A stretch of DNA of 42,222 nt from a virus. Location: IMG/VR virus record IMGVR_UViG_3300039008_000002, positions 1 to 42,222 of that record; one strand, written 5' to 3'. The translations under genes and the position numbers were made by a program. Each line of letters begins with the position of its first letter. Within the stretch, counting starts at the first letter, position 1. Positions 41,720-42,222 of this stretch are shown piece by piece. The notes under the pieces were generated by a model. The model had not been told where the DNA came from and made no database searches. It saw only the letters and a list, made by a program, of their open reading frames with translations.

Positions 41720-42060
41720 TGTGTGTTTCCTTTGAGATGAGTTCACAGGGGTTGTTGCGCCCTAGACACTCACTCGCTCCCGACAGGGTTATCCTCCGCA
41801 GAGGGCCAAGCGTTCCGCTCGTGTGTCTTGTGGTTGCCTACTCGCTTACAAGCGATGATGGCTTTCTCATCAAAGGAAGGGCCCGTCAGGGAGGCAAACG
41901 ACGGTGATTAACCGCTGTCACTTCCTCCCATCTGGGGGTCGGTTGTGGATGTTTTGTATAGCGACCTCACTAGCCGCTCCGTACGCACCGAGGCATCCAC
42001 GGTGATTAACTCCGCTTCGTTTGCCACTGGCCCGATCAAGGGCGAGGGGTGCGTATTGCA
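41720..42060 (-). other. ~340-nt ORF-free, repeat-containing 5' leader of the capsid gene
   Basis: The longest minus-strand ORFs here are 7-10 codons. Two copies of GTTAATCACCGT, plus the long-range complements GGCAAACGA/TCGTTTGCC and GTGGATG/CATCCAC. Confidence 0.6.
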
Positions 42061-42076
42061 ATGGTGGTCCCTAATT
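42061..42076 (-). promoter_or_regulatory. Phage-RNAP promoter core (capsid promoter)
   Basis: Minus strand AATAATTAGGGACCACCATTGCAAT. It shares a 25-nt identity with the copy at 25152-25167. Lies ~340 nt upstream of the capsid ATG. Confidence 0.8.
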
Positions 42077-42081
42077 ATTCG

Positions 42082-42222
42082 AGGTCAGCCCGTAGGCTAA
42101 CCCCGTGCTTTTCGCCAGAGTGTGGACACTCCCGAGCGTATCCCCGCAGCTATCTGCGAGGGGGTCGGAAGCACCCAGCCGAGGATGAGCAGAGCGATGA
42201 TCCACCAGCTGGTCTGGTTGAT
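42082..42222. repeat. Second copy of the 141-nt terminal overlap
   Basis: Identical to nt 1-141 by direct comparison. Confidence 0.9.

Overview
The window is a complete, circularly closed genome of a GC-rich T7-like podovirus with Autographiviridae-type architecture. Nt 1-141 are identical to nt 42082-42222, so the unit length is 42,081 nt. Every credible gene is on the minus strand, so the phage map reads from high to low coordinates. The order is as follows. (1) A ~1-kb non-coding early leader (25.15 to 24.07 kb). (2) Early accessory genes (24.07 to 21.14 kb). (3) A lysogeny module: MarR-family regulator, tyrosine integrase and a complete tRNA-Leu(UAG). (4) The single-subunit RNA polymerase. 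(5) A DNA-metabolism block: gp2.5-like SSB, endonuclease I, T7-lysozyme-type amidase fused to LysM, primase/helicase, family-A DNA polymerase, PD-(D/E)XK nuclease, ThyX, gp6 exonuclease, MazG and class II RNR. (6) Portal, scaffold and two small membrane proteins. (7) Across the circular junction: major capsid, tail tubular A/B, internal virion proteins, two collagen-like fibre genes, a holin-like gene and the small and large terminase. The long plus-strand ORFs in the track are antisense shadows of this GC-rich coding strand. Regulatory structure read directly from the sequence: six identical copies plus two variants of a phage-RNAP promoter core (minus strand AATTAGGGACCACCAT); five tetraloop-hairpin+U-run terminators; a duplicated promoter/leader/initiation cassette; a 12-20 nt motif (TGATCAATGCAA...) that supplies the stop codon of three large genes; and dense TGTTGC/GCAACA arrays confined to non-coding DNA. 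The observations most worth follow-up are these. (a) The MarR-int-tRNA-Leu module sits directly upstream of the RNAP gene, with a terminator and a perfect palindrome abutting the RNAP ribosome-binding site. This is a candidate lysogeny switch that would also physically uncouple the RNAP gene from the early operon on integration. (b) A perfect promoter copy plus a 22-bp near-palindrome lies inside an AT-rich, codon-atypical patch of the RNAP ORF. (c) The early genes include a 226-aa mini C5-methyltransferase-like protein. (d) The capsid gene has a ~340-nt ORF-free, repeat-containing 5' leader. (e) A holin-like/unimolecular-spanin-like gene pair lies between scaffold and capsid. All functional calls rest on motifs and synteny recognised by eye. 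No database search was run.
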